A stretch of DNA of 64,000 nt from Hemiscyllium ocellatum (GCF_020745735.1 NC_083431.1:16520496-16584495), one strand, 5' to 3'. Positions 1 to 11,370 are shown, numbered from the stretch's first letter. Numbers and translations are program-made. Notes: a model not told the origin generated them from the sequence alone.

Positions 1-19
1 GAATATATGCTGTTTCTCC
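1..19 (-). CDS. SRSF1: SRSF1 exon 4, 5' portion only (continues off window)
   Basis: Minus strand ...caatag|GGA GAA ACA GCA TAT ATT C = GETAYI(R), the motif after RSHE in SRSF1; phase-0 acceptor AG at 21-20. Confidence 0.93.
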
Positions 20-406
20 CTATTGAATACGTGAAGAGAAATGTTCACTACTTTCAAACATTATTCAGGAAAGCCAGTGAATAAGGCTAGTACTTCGTTA
101 TTTTCTTTTCTGCTGAAAAGGTCCTTAGGTCATTCAACTGGACACTTTCACCATATATTACAATTCCAAAATTGCCAATAATAAAAAAGAAATTTAACTC
201 TACTTCAGTATTGCATTTTCACCCAAACAATTAAAACTGGACTACATTTACCACCCTTCAGATTTTAGCCATCAATATAACCTAAGTTTGTATGAGCCAT
301 TCTTCTCAGAATTTCTTGACCACTGTCTTACCTGAAACTCCAAATGAATAGTTAAGTTATGGCTCTTAGTGATCATCTGCAAAGTTTTCAGAATTAGGTC
401 ACATAC

Positions 407-579
407 CTCGTGAGATCGAAATTTTGTGTTATCCAGTTTTCGCACTGCATAGGTCATATCTTCTTTGCGAACAAATTCCACGACACCAGTTCCATCACGG
501 AAAACATCAGCGTAACATACATCACCTGCTTCCCGCATGTGATCTTTCAAATCCTGCCAGCTACCACTTGGAGGAAGCC
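407..579 (-). CDS. SRSF1: SRSF1 exon 3 (RRM2)
   Basis: tttcag|GG CTT CCT CCA...; encodes [57 protein letters not shown]; donor GAG|gtatgt; 173 nt; SWQDLKD pseudo-RRM signature. Confidence 0.97.
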
Positions 580-656
580 CTGAAACAAGAAGTGTTATGA
601 GATCTCTAGAATTGTTCAGAAAGCATGAAAAATCACAAATGCGCTGACTGTCTCAC

Positions 657-844
657 CTGAAACTACCACTCTGTATTCAGAGCGCCTCGACGGGGGGCCG
701 TACCTTCCTCGAGGTGTCTGCCCACCGCCTCCACCACCGCCACCCCCTCTTCCAGTCCCTCGACCACTCCGTGGAAATTCAACACGCAAGCGGTAACCAT
801 CGTAATCGTAACCATCTCGACCGTATACAGCATCCTCGGCATCC
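657..844 (-). CDS. SRSF1: SRSF1 exon 2 (end of RRM1, Gly linker)
   Basis: tttcag|G GAT GCC GAG...; [62 protein letters not shown]; donor CAG|gtgaga; phases join exons 1 and 3. Confidence 0.97.
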
Positions 845-1774
845 CTGAAAGTACAAGAACGTTAGCAGACCACATGGTCTCTCGGATCACGTGTGGCACC
901 CAATTTTAAATCAAATGGGGCTGGAGGAGGAGATAAATGTCCTAGCTATGGAAAATAGTAAATACAGTTCCGCCATGAAGTCGACTCTGGCACGGACTAA
1001 AACCAAATCGATAAATTTGAAGCAGAGGTATTTTGTAACAATATAGCCGTTAAGCTCACGAACAGGGTAACCACAGTAAAACACCGACAATGCGAACCTA
1101 CTGTCCCCGGTGCACTGATTTACAGCTTGAACATTCCACGCCGTCGAAAAACAAAACACATGTGGCTGCGACCTCCAGTTTAAACTGGTCACAGTAAAAA
1201 CCCGCCAAACAAAGGGTTTGCGTGGCGTACTTTCCTTCTGCAGCAAAATGGCGATCAGATACAGTTGCCGTCATTTACAAACAGCCAGTTTATACAAATA
1301 CGAAAAGTACTCACTCGAAAACAAGTTCACGTCACAGAAATCTAACTGCGGTGCAAGGGAACCGCGGTGCTTCAATTAGGTCAATTTCTGCTCGTTCAGC
1401 AACCGTTCGATTCCAAACCAAAGAATACTACGTACACATTAAGAAAACTCGAGATTGAATTTTCTCTTCCCCAATAGTTAAAGTGGCAAATAATTACCGG
1501 AATGAAACAAACAAAACTGCAATTCCAATTCTCCCCACACCACCCCGCTGTAGTTTATAGTTGCACCTTTACGATCTTTTCCGTAGTTTTAAATATTTTG
1601 GGGGAGAAGTGAGAGATCGGTACAATTTTTAAAGTGGCCACATGGAGAATTACATTTGGTCGCAGCAAGAACAATCTCGCCCCAAAAACTAGAAAAAACG
1701 GCTCCAAATGCCCGTTGAAGAATAACGAAAGCAAAACATGCCCACAAGTTAAAAAGCTGCAAACAAAATATCCA

Positions 1775-2990
1775 CGGGGGGGGGGGGGGGGGGGTAGTAG
1801 AGGGGGGGGGGGGGGTGAGGAAGAGAGGGGGGGGGAAGGAGGGGGGGGAAGGAGGGGGGGTGAGGAGAGAGGGGGGGTGAGGAGAGAGGGGGGGTGAGGA
1901 GAGAGGGGGGGTGAGGAGAGAGGGGGGGTGAGGAGAGAGGGGGGGTGAGGAGAGAGGGGGGGTGAGGAGAGAGGGGGGGTGAGGAGAGAGGGGGGGTGAG
2001 GAGAGAGGGGGGGTGAGGAGAGAGGGGGGGTGAGGAGAGAGGGGGGGTGAGGAGAGAGGGGGGGTGAGGAGAGAGGGGGGGTGAGGAGAGAGGGGGGGTG
2101 AGGAGAGAGGGGGGGTGAGGAGAGAGGGGGGGTGAGGAGAGAGGGGGGGTGAGGAGAGAGGGGGGGTGAGAGAGAGGGGGGGTGAGGAGAGAGGGGGGGT
2201 GAGGAGAGAGGGGGGGTGAGGAGAGAGGGGGGGTGAGGAGAGAGGGGGGGTGAGGAGAGAGGGGGGGTGAGGAGAGAGGGGGGGTGAGGAGAGAGGGGGG
2301 GTGAGGAGAGAGGGGGGGTGAGGAGAGAGGGGGGGTGAGGAGAGAGGGGGGGTGAGGAGAGAGGGGGGGTGAGGAGAGAGGGGGGGTGAGGAGAGAGGGG
2401 GGGTGAGGAGAGGGGGGGGTGAGGAGAGAGGGGGGTGAGGAGAGGGGGGGTGAGGGGGTGAGGAGAGGGGGGAAGGGGGGGTGAGGAGAGGGGGGGAAGG
2501 GGGGGTGAGGAGAGGGGGGGAAGGGGGGGTGAGGAGAGGGGGGGGAAGGGGGGGTGAGGAGAGGGGGGGAAGGGGGGGTGAGGAGAGGGGGGGGAAGGGG
2601 GGGTGAGGAGAGGGGGGGGAAGGGGGGGTGAGGAGAGGGGGGGGAAGGGGGGGTGAGGAGAGGGGGGGGGAAGGGGGGGTGAGGAGAGGGGGGGGAAGGG
2701 GGGGTGAGGAGAGGGGGGGGAAGGGGGGGTGAGGAGAGGGGGAGGGGGGGGGGGGGAGGGGGGGTGAGGGGGGGGGGGGGAGGGGGGGTGAGGGGGGGGG
2801 GAGGGGGGGGGGGTGGGGGGGGGGGGGAAGGGGAGGGGGGGGTGAGGGGGGGGAAGGGGAGGGGGGGGTGAGGGGGGGGGAAGGGGAGGGGGGGGTGAGG
2901 GGGGGGAAGGGGAGGGGGGGTGAGGGGGGGGAAGGGAAGGGGGGGTGAGGGGGGTGAGCAGAGGGAAGGGGAGAAAGGGGGAAGGGAGGT
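1775..2990 (+). repeat. G/A-rich minisatellite in SRSF1 intron 1
   Basis: About 30 tandem copies of 17-nt GGGGGGGTGAGGAGAGA (about 1855-2410), then 26-27-nt variants (GGGGGGAAGGGGGGGTGAGGAGAG), then degenerate poly-G. Confidence 0.95.
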
Positions 2991-3062
2991 TGAGATGGGG
3001 AGACGGATGGGGGTGGGGAAGGCATCTGTCTGTCCGTCCCCGTCTTCAGTCTTTGCCTGTAC

Positions 3063-3259
3063 CTCGGGTCTTCGAATTCCACGAAGGCAAACGGCGGGCC
3101 GCCGCGGCGGTTCTTCAGGTCGATGTCCCTGATGCTGCCATACTTGTAGAAGACGTCCTCGATGTCCTTGGTGCGGATGTCGGGCGGTAGATTGCCCACG
3201 TAGATCCGACAGTCGTTGTTGCCCGCCGGGCCCCGGATCACGCCGCTGTGATTCTGCAT
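3063..3259 (-). CDS. SRSF1: SRSF1 first coding exon (RRM1 N-part)
   Basis: ATG at 3259; [65 protein letters not shown](R); donor AG|gtacag at 3062; 197 nt. Confidence 0.96.
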
Positions 3260-3990
3260 CCCGTTACCCTCCAGCCCGACGGTTGGCGAGACTCAAAGAC
3301 GGTCACGGTGGGGATGAAAAAAATCAAAAACCGTTTGATTCGAGAGAGGGAGAAATTTAAACCAAAATAAACGTAGACAAACGGAGTGGTTATTTTAGGA
3401 TAAAAAAATCGCAAACGTCGGAGGACGACGAAGGAAGTGGATTGGCGCGATTTTTTTTAAAGCACAACGGAGGCGCTCAACCTGCCAGGGGACACACAGA
3501 CACAGCACACGCCACAGAAAGATCGATGCCGAATAAAATGCGAGTTGTGTGTGTTTTTTTTCTAAAAAGGCGCTGTGTATATGATTGGAAGGAATCTCCA
3601 CAACTCTTGTCCGCCCCTTCCCGACACCAGATTAAAATGGCGCCCACCTCGCTCCACACAAACCAACGGCACCAAGTAGTACCGCGGCGACTGCGCATGC
3701 CCATACCTCCCGACAAAGAGTTCCACCAACCCCTTTCTTCACCTCTTTCCTCCGACGCAACAAGTCCTTTCCCCCTGAGTCTCCGCGTATAGCTACATCG
3801 TCGAACCGAGGGTCAACCGCGCTGTTCCCGCTCCTCTCTTCCCTTCTCTTTTCTCTCGCTTCTCCGCCCCAAAGCTCGAACCCGCACTTCTCCCTCCGCG
3901 TCGGATGATTCACATCAGCGGCGGAGGGACAAGGCGTCCTGGCCGGAAGCGATGAGGCGCTGACGTCACGGGATTTCGCGCGCACTTGGG
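3260..3990 (-). promoter_or_regulatory. SRSF1 CpG-island promoter / 5' UTR region
   Basis: CpG-dense; perfect CRE TGACGTCA 3961-3968, E2F TTTCGCGC 3974-3981, ETS CCGGAAG 3943-3949, NRF1-like TGCGCATGC near 3692, YY1-like AAAATGGCG near 3634. Confidence 0.75.
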
Positions 3991-4435
3991 ATCTTCACCG
4001 TTTTCACCCTTTTCCACCTCCCCCCCACTCTATCACTACTCTTTCCCCCTTTCCTTCCCTCCCCCCACTCTATCCGCCCCCTTTGCACCACTCTATTCCC
4101 TCCCATCCCCCCACTCACGAACTTTTATTTTTGGGATTTCACACTGTCATGTATTACAGCTGCTGCTGTGTACCCAGCACTCAAGTTTTTGTTGAGTGAT
4201 AAAGAGTGGAGCAAGAAGGGAAACAAAGCGTACAACTGTGGGTTTTAATTAAGCAACTACATTATCTTCTTTTCCCTGTGCGGTACCTTTTCGCTCATGA
4301 ATATTCCTGCACACAGAATGAAATTCGAGTACAGTAAAATCTTTGGAAGAGGCATCACAGTGAGGTTAAAATCAAAATGTAGTTGTAATGAGGGATGATT
4401 TGAAGATATCGGTGTTGGACTGGAGTGTACAAATC

Positions 4436-4530
4436 CATTCTGATGAAGGACTAATGCCTGAAATGTCAATCTCTTTTCCAGCACCACACTTTCGACTCTG
4501 ATCTCCAGCATCTGCAGTCCCCACTTTCTC
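4436..4530 (+). mobile_element. Solo Penelope (Neptune-type) terminal repeat fragment with decayed hammerhead
   Basis: CTGATGA-A-GGAC-TAAT-GCCT-GAAA-TGTC followed by TTTTCCAGCACCACACTTTCGACTCTGATCTCCAGCATCTGCAGTCC, shared with 14682-14808 and 28599-28715. Confidence 0.7.
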
Positions 4531-5352
4531 CTTCTGACTGAATAAGGCTACATGAGAACATATAGAATGGGAAAAGACTATTATGCCTTATCTAGCCGGT
4601 TTCAGTGGTACAGACTGCTTGAGACACATGCATTAAGAGTCCATGCAGTAAGGTAATACTAATAATAATAAATATTTGTGATAGATTACTAGCTCAGGTC
4701 TTTCTTGCAAAGAGACTTGCGTTCACTCTTGCTTTGCTGTTTGTAACCTTATATTACACTGTAGTGTAGACAATTATTTGTGGAATTGTGACACATGATA
4801 GTGCTGATGAAAAGTGGCAGGCCTCTCTTTGTGATAACATTACTGCGATATCATGTGAGTATATCATGTGGTAGATGTTTTCAATATTTGGGCAATTTGT
4901 TATTGACAGTGTTATTTGGTCTTCTGTTGCCAATAATTATATATCAAAAAGCTAGTATATTTGTCTCATACAAAGTTAAACCTTAAAAAGATTATACATC
5001 TACAAATGCGACTGACAGAATATTGCCTGATAACTAAATAGATGGAGCATTCCTAAGTAGAAAATGTTTTCCTAAATCAAACTTTTTATAACTAATTTTC
5101 AGTTAAGTGCTGTAGTAGTATGATCATAAATAATTTAAAAGTTTGGAACACTTGAAATTTTCAAGTATTAAGCATTATAACCATTAAGGTTATAATGTGC
5201 AATCTTCTTGAGGTCTGAGCAGCATGGCTGTTGAAGATTTGTGGCATAATCAGATAAGTATGTGAGGCCTGTCTCATTTAAAATCTGATTGAAGATTTGT
5301 AGCTCAGGTATCCGTTGTTGTGGTTCTGCTCGCCGAGCTGGAAGTTTTTGCT

Positions 5353-5392
5353 GCAAACGTTTCGTTCCCTGGCTAGGGAACATCATCAGTGC
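5353..5392 (-). ncRNA. Minimal type-I hammerhead ribozyme motif (Penelope pLTR)
   Basis: Reverse complement GCA-CTGATGA-T-GTTCCCT-AGCC-AGGGAAC-GAAA-CG-TT-TGC; identical to the 6851-6890 copy. Confidence 0.8.
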
Positions 5393-6850
5393 TGTTGGAG
5401 CCTCGTGTGAAGCGCTGCTTTGATGTTTCTTCCGGTATTTATATTGGTTTGTTCTTGCCGCTTCCGGGTGTCAGTTTCAGCTGCAGTGATTTGTATGTGG
5501 GGTCCAGGTCGATGTGTCTGTTGATGGGTGTTCTTGCCGTTTCCGGGTGTCAGTTTCAGCTGTAGTGGTTTGTATATGGTGTCCAGGTCAATGTGTCTGT
5601 TGATGGAGTTTGGGGATGAATGCCATGCTTCTAGGAATTCTCTGGCTGTTCTCTGTCTGGCTTGTCCTATGATAGTGGTGTTTTCCCAGTCAAATTCATG
5701 TTGCTGGTTGTCTGAGTGTATGGCTACTAGAGATAGCTGGTCGTGTCGTTTTGTGGCTAGCTGATGTTCATGGATGCGGATTGTTAGCTGTCTTCCTGTT
5801 TGTCCTATATAGTGTTTTGTGCAGTCCTTGCATGGTATTTTGTAAACTACGTTAGTTTGGCTCATGCTGGGTATTGGGTCCTTTGTTCTAGTGAGTTGTT
5901 GTCTGAGTGTGGATGTTGGCTTGTGTGCTGTTATGAGTCCTAAGGGTCGCAGTAGTCTGGCTGTCAGTTCTGAGACGCTCCTGACGTATGGTAGAGTGGC
6001 TAGTCCTTTTGGTTGTGGCATGTCCTCGTTCTTCGGTCTATCTCTTAGGCATCTGGTGATAAAGTTGCGTGGGTATCCGTTTTTGGCGAATACCTTGTAT
6101 AGATGTTCCTCTTCCTCTTTTCGCAGTTCTGGTGTACCTCAGTGTGTTGTGGCCCTTTTGAATAGTGTCCTGATGCAGCTTTGTTTGTGTGTGTTGGGTG
6201 GTTACTTTCATAGTTTAAGACTTGGTCTGTGTGTGTTGGTTTCCTGTGTACCCTTGTGGTGAATTCTCCGTTGGGTGTTCTCTCTACTAACACGTCTAGG
6301 AATGGGAGTTGGTTATCCTTTTCCTCTTCTCGTGTGAATCGGATTCCTGTGAGTGTGGCATTGATGATTCGGTGTGTTTTTTCTATATCTGTGTTTTTGA
6401 TGATTACAAAGGCGTCATCAACATATCTGATCCAGAGTTTGGGTTGGATTTGTGGTATGGCTGTATGTTCTAACTTTTGCATAACCTTGTGCAAGGACTG
6501 CACAAAACACTATATAGGACAAACAGGAAGACAGCTAACAATCCGCATCCATGAACATCAGCTAGCCACAAAACGACACGACCAGCTATCTCTAGTAGCC
6601 ATACACTCAGACAACCAGCAACATGAATTTGACTGGGAAAACACCACTATCATAGGACAAGCCAGACAGAGAACAGCCAGAGAATTCCTAGAAGCATGGC
6701 ATTCATCCCCAAACTCCATCAACAGACACATTGACCTGGACACCGAATACAAACCACTACAGCTGAAACTGACACCCGGAAGCGGCAAGAACAAACCAAT
6801 ATAAATACCGGAAGAAACATCAAAGCAGCGCTTCACACGAGGCTCCAACA

Positions 6851-6890
6851 GCACTGATGATGTTCCCTAGCCAGGGAACGAAACGTTTGC
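6851..6890 (+). ncRNA. Minimal type-I hammerhead ribozyme motif (Penelope pLTR)
   Basis: GCA(stem I) CTGATGA T GTTCCCT/AGGGAAC(7-bp stem II) GAAA, palindromic AAACGTTT stem III, GUU triplet, TGC(stem I). Confidence 0.8.
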
Positions 6891-8224
6891 AGCAAAAACT
6901 TCCAGCTTGGCGAGCAGAACCACAACAGCCTGTCTCATTCTCAGGAGCATCTTGTTGCATCTTTCATGCTTTGCTTAGTGGCAAGGCAAGTTTTTCATTA
7001 GGCAGTCAGCTGAGGTGATTGTAGCTGGTGAAATGCCTTACTAACCAGCCTAACTTGCCTCATTAATATTCAGCTTCCTATTTTACCAAACAAGTTAGAC
7101 ACTGAGAATTATTAACATGAAAATCAGAGCAGGTACCTGGCAACGTCAGTTTGGTACTGGCTGCAAACAGTCTTCATATTGCTCAGAATCACACATCATT
7201 TCAGCATAATGCATGGGTACAAATCACATGAATATCCTTCCCCACACAGACATTGACATCTGACATTTGCTAACGCCCTTACAACAATCAAGGCATTTCT
7301 CCGATACATTTGCAAATGCTCAGGAAACACAGACTTGCATTGCAGAGTGCACTGGAAACATCATTTGATACAGACCCATGCACTGTACAGGGCACAGTCC
7401 TGTGAAGTCGTAAATTCCTGAATGTCCTAATCCATTGACTCCATGCTTTCTGTACGCTTCCCTGCTGCAGATATCACTGACCACCTCATTCACACCAATA
7501 TTTTTGACACAGAGGCCCAAGAAAAGAATAAAAATGCTGTAGAATGAAAGACAATGGTGTCAGCAAGACTCATTAACCTGTATACACCCTGTTCATCATT
7601 CTTCCAAATCCCATAGCAGGCTCTAAACATAAACATCGCTCCATGGTCTAAGTTGGGCATCATTCTGGCATAATTGCATTCAGAGAGACTCAAACAAATG
7701 TAAGGATGAAACAGTGAGATTTACATAAATGTGGCAAAAAATGTACTGTGCGACATCACCCATATCTTCTGGGTGCCTTCAAGAAGTTTTCTTCTTTACT
7801 GTTCCAACACTTCTTACTATAGTCTCTACCGCCACAGCTGGAGTGGAGGGAGCCTGGTCAAAAGTGGAGACCATTGGCCCAGGAGGTTTGGTTGAGTGGC
7901 CCAGCGAGTGTTTGCATTTGGATGCCAGAGGCAAATGAACTCTCGGTGACTTCACCTTCCATGAGTCGGAAGGGGATATGCAGAGTGGATAGCCCAGCCA
8001 CCTTTGGAGTATTGTTAGAGACGTCTGAGAGGTCTGTGTTAGGTTCTTCCTCTGGCTGGGCAAATTATGGGACTGACTTGGTTTCCTTGTGAGGAAGAAG
8101 CATCTGAAGTGTTTGCCAGATTCCCTATCACTGTTTCTTGAGATTTGGGGACCAATGATTGGGACGATGTAGTGCAAGGTATATGCACCTCTCCAGCAGA
8201 CCTTAATGGAGCAGGATTTGATCA

Positions 8225-8530
8225 TCTAACTCTGTTCTCAATGTTGCCCCATACCCTTTGATTTCTTTAGCCCTAAGAACTACATCTTACTCCTCTTGAA
8301 TATTTTAAATGTTTTGAGTCTTGTTTCTGTGGCAGAGAATTCAACAGGCTCATCGCTCTCTGGATGAAGAAATTTCACCTCAGCCAAGTCCGAAATGGCC
8401 TATCTATATCCTTAAACTGTAACCATTAATTCTGGACACCTCACTCATCGGGAACATCTTTCCTGTATTTACCTTGTCCAGTCCTTGTTAAAATTTCATA
8501 GGTTTCCAAGAGATTCCCCCTCATTCTTCT
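8225..8530 (-). mobile_element. Degenerate CR1/L2-type LINE 3' fragment
   Basis: Resembles the RT C-terminal/3' segments at 20200-20810 and 56370-56790. Confidence 0.5.
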
Positions 8531-9844
8531 GACAATTCACAGGGATAGTAGGGATGCTGCAGCTGACATCAAGCTTTGGGTAAAAGACCAAAAAAAATGT
8601 CAAGCAATGTTTATGTGCCTAATTATTATTATCATCAGCCCAGCTGGAGAGAGTGTTTATTTGACATTGGGCAAAGATGGCATTGAACTTGGCTGCAGTG
8701 TTCCCAGTTATTGGATAGCCTGCCAATGTCTTTGGCAGAGACCCGAAGATTTTCCGCTTAGACACTAACTGGTGCCCAGCAACTAAACAATGGCCAGCAT
8801 CAAATAACAAATAGAGTGGCATCTGCAGGATCACTTATTTCAATAATCTGCACATTGTGTGTGTGTTGTTCACTTGCACAAAGTGTATTTTCTAAGCTGG
8901 AGGAAGTGGGAGGTGGCGTATATGAACTGCAGCAGATATTTAAAAGGATGCCTGAACTAATAGGGTGCACTTTTTTTTGAAATTGGAGTTTAAATATTAC
9001 TGTGCAACATGGCTGCAGGAACTCTCAGAATAGGCTGATTCACTAAACACAACTTGGAGCTTCAACTGAATTAGGCTATCATAAGAAAAGTGATGATTTG
9101 GAGATGCTGGTGTTGGATTGGGGCATATAAAGTGCTCCCAATAAACCTGTTCGACTATAACCTGGTGTTGTGTGATTTCTAACTTCAGAAATGTGGCAAT
9201 CTTTGGAGCTGAAGGTACAATCAAATAATGACTGTGGGTGGAACATAATGGTTCCAGCTTAGGAGGGTGGAGGGCCTGCTTGGTGGAAAATGGTGGTGAG
9301 AGGCTGACCATCAGCTGGAAACCTCGTGGCAACCCTGATGTGGCCATTTCCTGGTGACATGAGAGGCACTAATCTGATAAGTGCCAGGTATGAGAAGAAA
9401 TTGACCTTGGGAATCCTACTGGAGAGCAGATTTCCTGCCTCAAGAGAGCTGCTAGCCAATCAATGGCTGATACCACATGGTGGCCTATACCATGGAGAAA
9501 GGTGACTAGGGCGTGTTCATTGGAACAAAATTGAGAGGCCTCATTGAAGAGGCCAATGGGGGTAATCTCTGAAATGGCATAAAGGCACAGAAGGAAAAAT
9601 GATTAAACCTGGGTCTGATTTGTACATACCTCAAAATAGAGCTTCAGTATGAATAGTATGCATATTTCCATGTATTTCAGATTTTTTTACTGCTTTCTCC
9701 CTCTAGAATGGTTTGTTTGCTGGGTTCATCTGTTCCCACTGATGCGTATCTCCATCAGGCCTAACAGAATGATCCATCTACCAGTGCCTAGGCCTGTGAT
9801 TTTTCTGGTTATAAGCTTGTGTGGTGTGGCCCATACCCATTGCT

Positions 9845-10690
9845 CATTAATTTGTTTTATTCACGCATGGGATATAGGTGCCACTGGGCCAACATTTATT
9901 GCCTGTCCCTAGCTGCCCTTGAGCAGATGGTCAGCTGCTTTCCTGAACCACCACAGTCCATATGCTGTAGGTAGACTGACCATACCATTAGGGACAGAGT
10001 TCCAGGGTTTTGACCCAGTAACTGTGGAGGAGCAGTGATTTTGTTTCTAAGTCAGAATGACCTGGAGGGGAACTTGCAGATGGTGGTGTCACCATGTACC
10101 TCCTGCCCTTGTGCTCCCAGATGCTAGCGGTCATGGGTTTGGAAAATGCCATGTACAGATCTTTGGCGAATTACTGAAGTACGTCTTGTATATTGTTCAC
10201 ACTGCTGCTACTGAATGTTGGTGGTGGAGTCACTAAATGTTTGTGGATGTGGTGTCAAACAAATGGACTGCTTTGTCCTGGATAGTGTCAAGCTTATTGA
10301 GTGTTGTTGGAGCTGTACTCATCCAGGCAAGTCGGACTATTCCATCACGCTGCTGACTTGTGCCTTGTAGATAATGCACAGGTTTTGGGGAGTCAGGAAA
10401 TGGGTTACTCACTGCAAGATTCCTAGACTTTCACCTGCTCTTGTAGTCACTGTGTTTATGTGGTGAGTCCAGTTGAGTTTCTGGTCACTGGTACCCCAAG
10501 ATGTTGATAATGGGGGATTCAGTGATGGTAATGTCATTGATTGTCAAGGGGTGATGGTTAGATTGTCTCTTATTGGGGATGTTCATTGTCTGGTACTTGT
10601 GTGGTACAAATGTTACTTGCCACTTTTCAGCTCCAGCCTGGCTATTGCGTAGGTTTTGCGGCATTTGGACTTGGACTGCCATGAACATGG
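9845..10690 (-). mobile_element. CR1/L2-clade LINE, second family, 3' fragment
   Basis: Minus ORF remnant (AEKWQVTFVPHKYQTM...ITESPIINILG); 3' tail shared with 13990-14045, 54360 and 58200 copies. Confidence 0.65.
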
Positions 10691-11169
10691 AAAGTCTTTT
10701 AGTTATGTGTGTAAGTAAAGGATCTGGGTTCATGCACTGATACTCTTGATGCATTTAAAGAAAAGTGGCACCACAGGAAATGGTATGCTTTATCACCTGG
10801 TCATTTTGATTCAATCCATTCCCTCTCTCTCTATGTCTCCCTCAACTTTAGTGTTATTGCATTGTTCTTAATGGGCTTTGCATGTAAATTAATCAATTGG
10901 AACACATGGGGTTGAGTGGTGGTTAATAGAGGAAACATACCTTGGGTGATTTGGGCATAGGAGAAAAGCCGTTCAGTTATTTGTGATAACACTTCTGCAA
11001 ATAATAGAAAAGAGAAATAGAGATCTGGTTCTTCTTCCTTTTCCAACTCCATTTTGATTTAGACCTGGCCCTCTCATCCTACCTCTCCCTTGGTGGTAAT
11101 GAATTTCCCTTAATGGGCTTTGCACGTAAATTGATAAATAGGAAATAGGGTGATTTAGTGGTGGTGCTA

Positions 11170-11370
11170 AAGGTAAAGTTGTCATACTCTTGCCAGACCA
11201 TGGGGCTGCTATCTCATTAGACAGAAATGACTGGTGGTGCTTTAAACTGAGAGTCACTCTGCCTCAGGCGAGGGGAGAGTTTGAGAAGGAGAGTCTTCCA
11301 TGGTGATCTCAGCCAGTGTAGGAATTGAAGCCTACGCTGTTGGTGTAATTCTGCATTGCAAACCAGCCAT
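11170..11370 (-). mobile_element. Old tRNA-derived SINE (second family)
   Basis: Aligns by eye with 59800-60000 (CTCTCATTAGA...TTTAA(A/C)CTGAG(A/G)GTCAC...CTCAGGC...GGAATTGAA); B-box-like TTCAATTCC on minus. Confidence 0.6.

Larger units (their letters stand above)
5279..6927 (-). mobile_element. Penelope-like retroelement (Poseidon-type), 5'-truncated with inverted 3' copy
   Basis: Minus strand RT C-part (WIRYVDDAFVII, LPFLDVLV) and GIY-YIG endonuclease (VVYKIPCKDCTKHYIGQTGR...REFLEAWHS); 6490-6927 is an inverted copy of 5316-5832; 12-bp TSD GCCTGTCTCATT at 5267-5278 and 6928-6939; frameshift and in-frame TGA near 6140 inactivate the ORF. Confidence 0.92.

Noticed and set aside
332-376. 45-nt cassette exon (ttgcag|ATG...CAG|gtaaga) in SRSF1 intron 3
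   Set aside because: The upstream intron would be only 30 nt, too short to splice; retained only as an alternative donor
1855-2740. CRISPR-like or telomeric array
   Set aside because: No unique spacers, not TTAGGG, and the context is a eukaryotic intron
1589-3259. 556-aa ORF: half RRM fused to an extensin-like Pro/Ser/Leu repeat
   Set aside because: Read-through of SRSF1 exon 1 past a conserved donor into a C/T minisatellite that cannot form stop codons; the frame depends on uncertain homopolymer lengths
407-3259. Alternative identity SRSF9
   Set aside because: [19 protein letters not shown], the poly-Gly linker and DYNLL2 linkage are SRSF1-type
5386-6503. Active autonomous Penelope element or domesticated GIY-YIG gene
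   Set aside because: 5'-truncated, with a frameshift and in-frame TGA between RT and endonuclease
6960-8225. Possible Harbinger-type remnant or coding ORFs (7779-8225)
   Set aside because: No recognisable motif, TIR or splice structure that I can support
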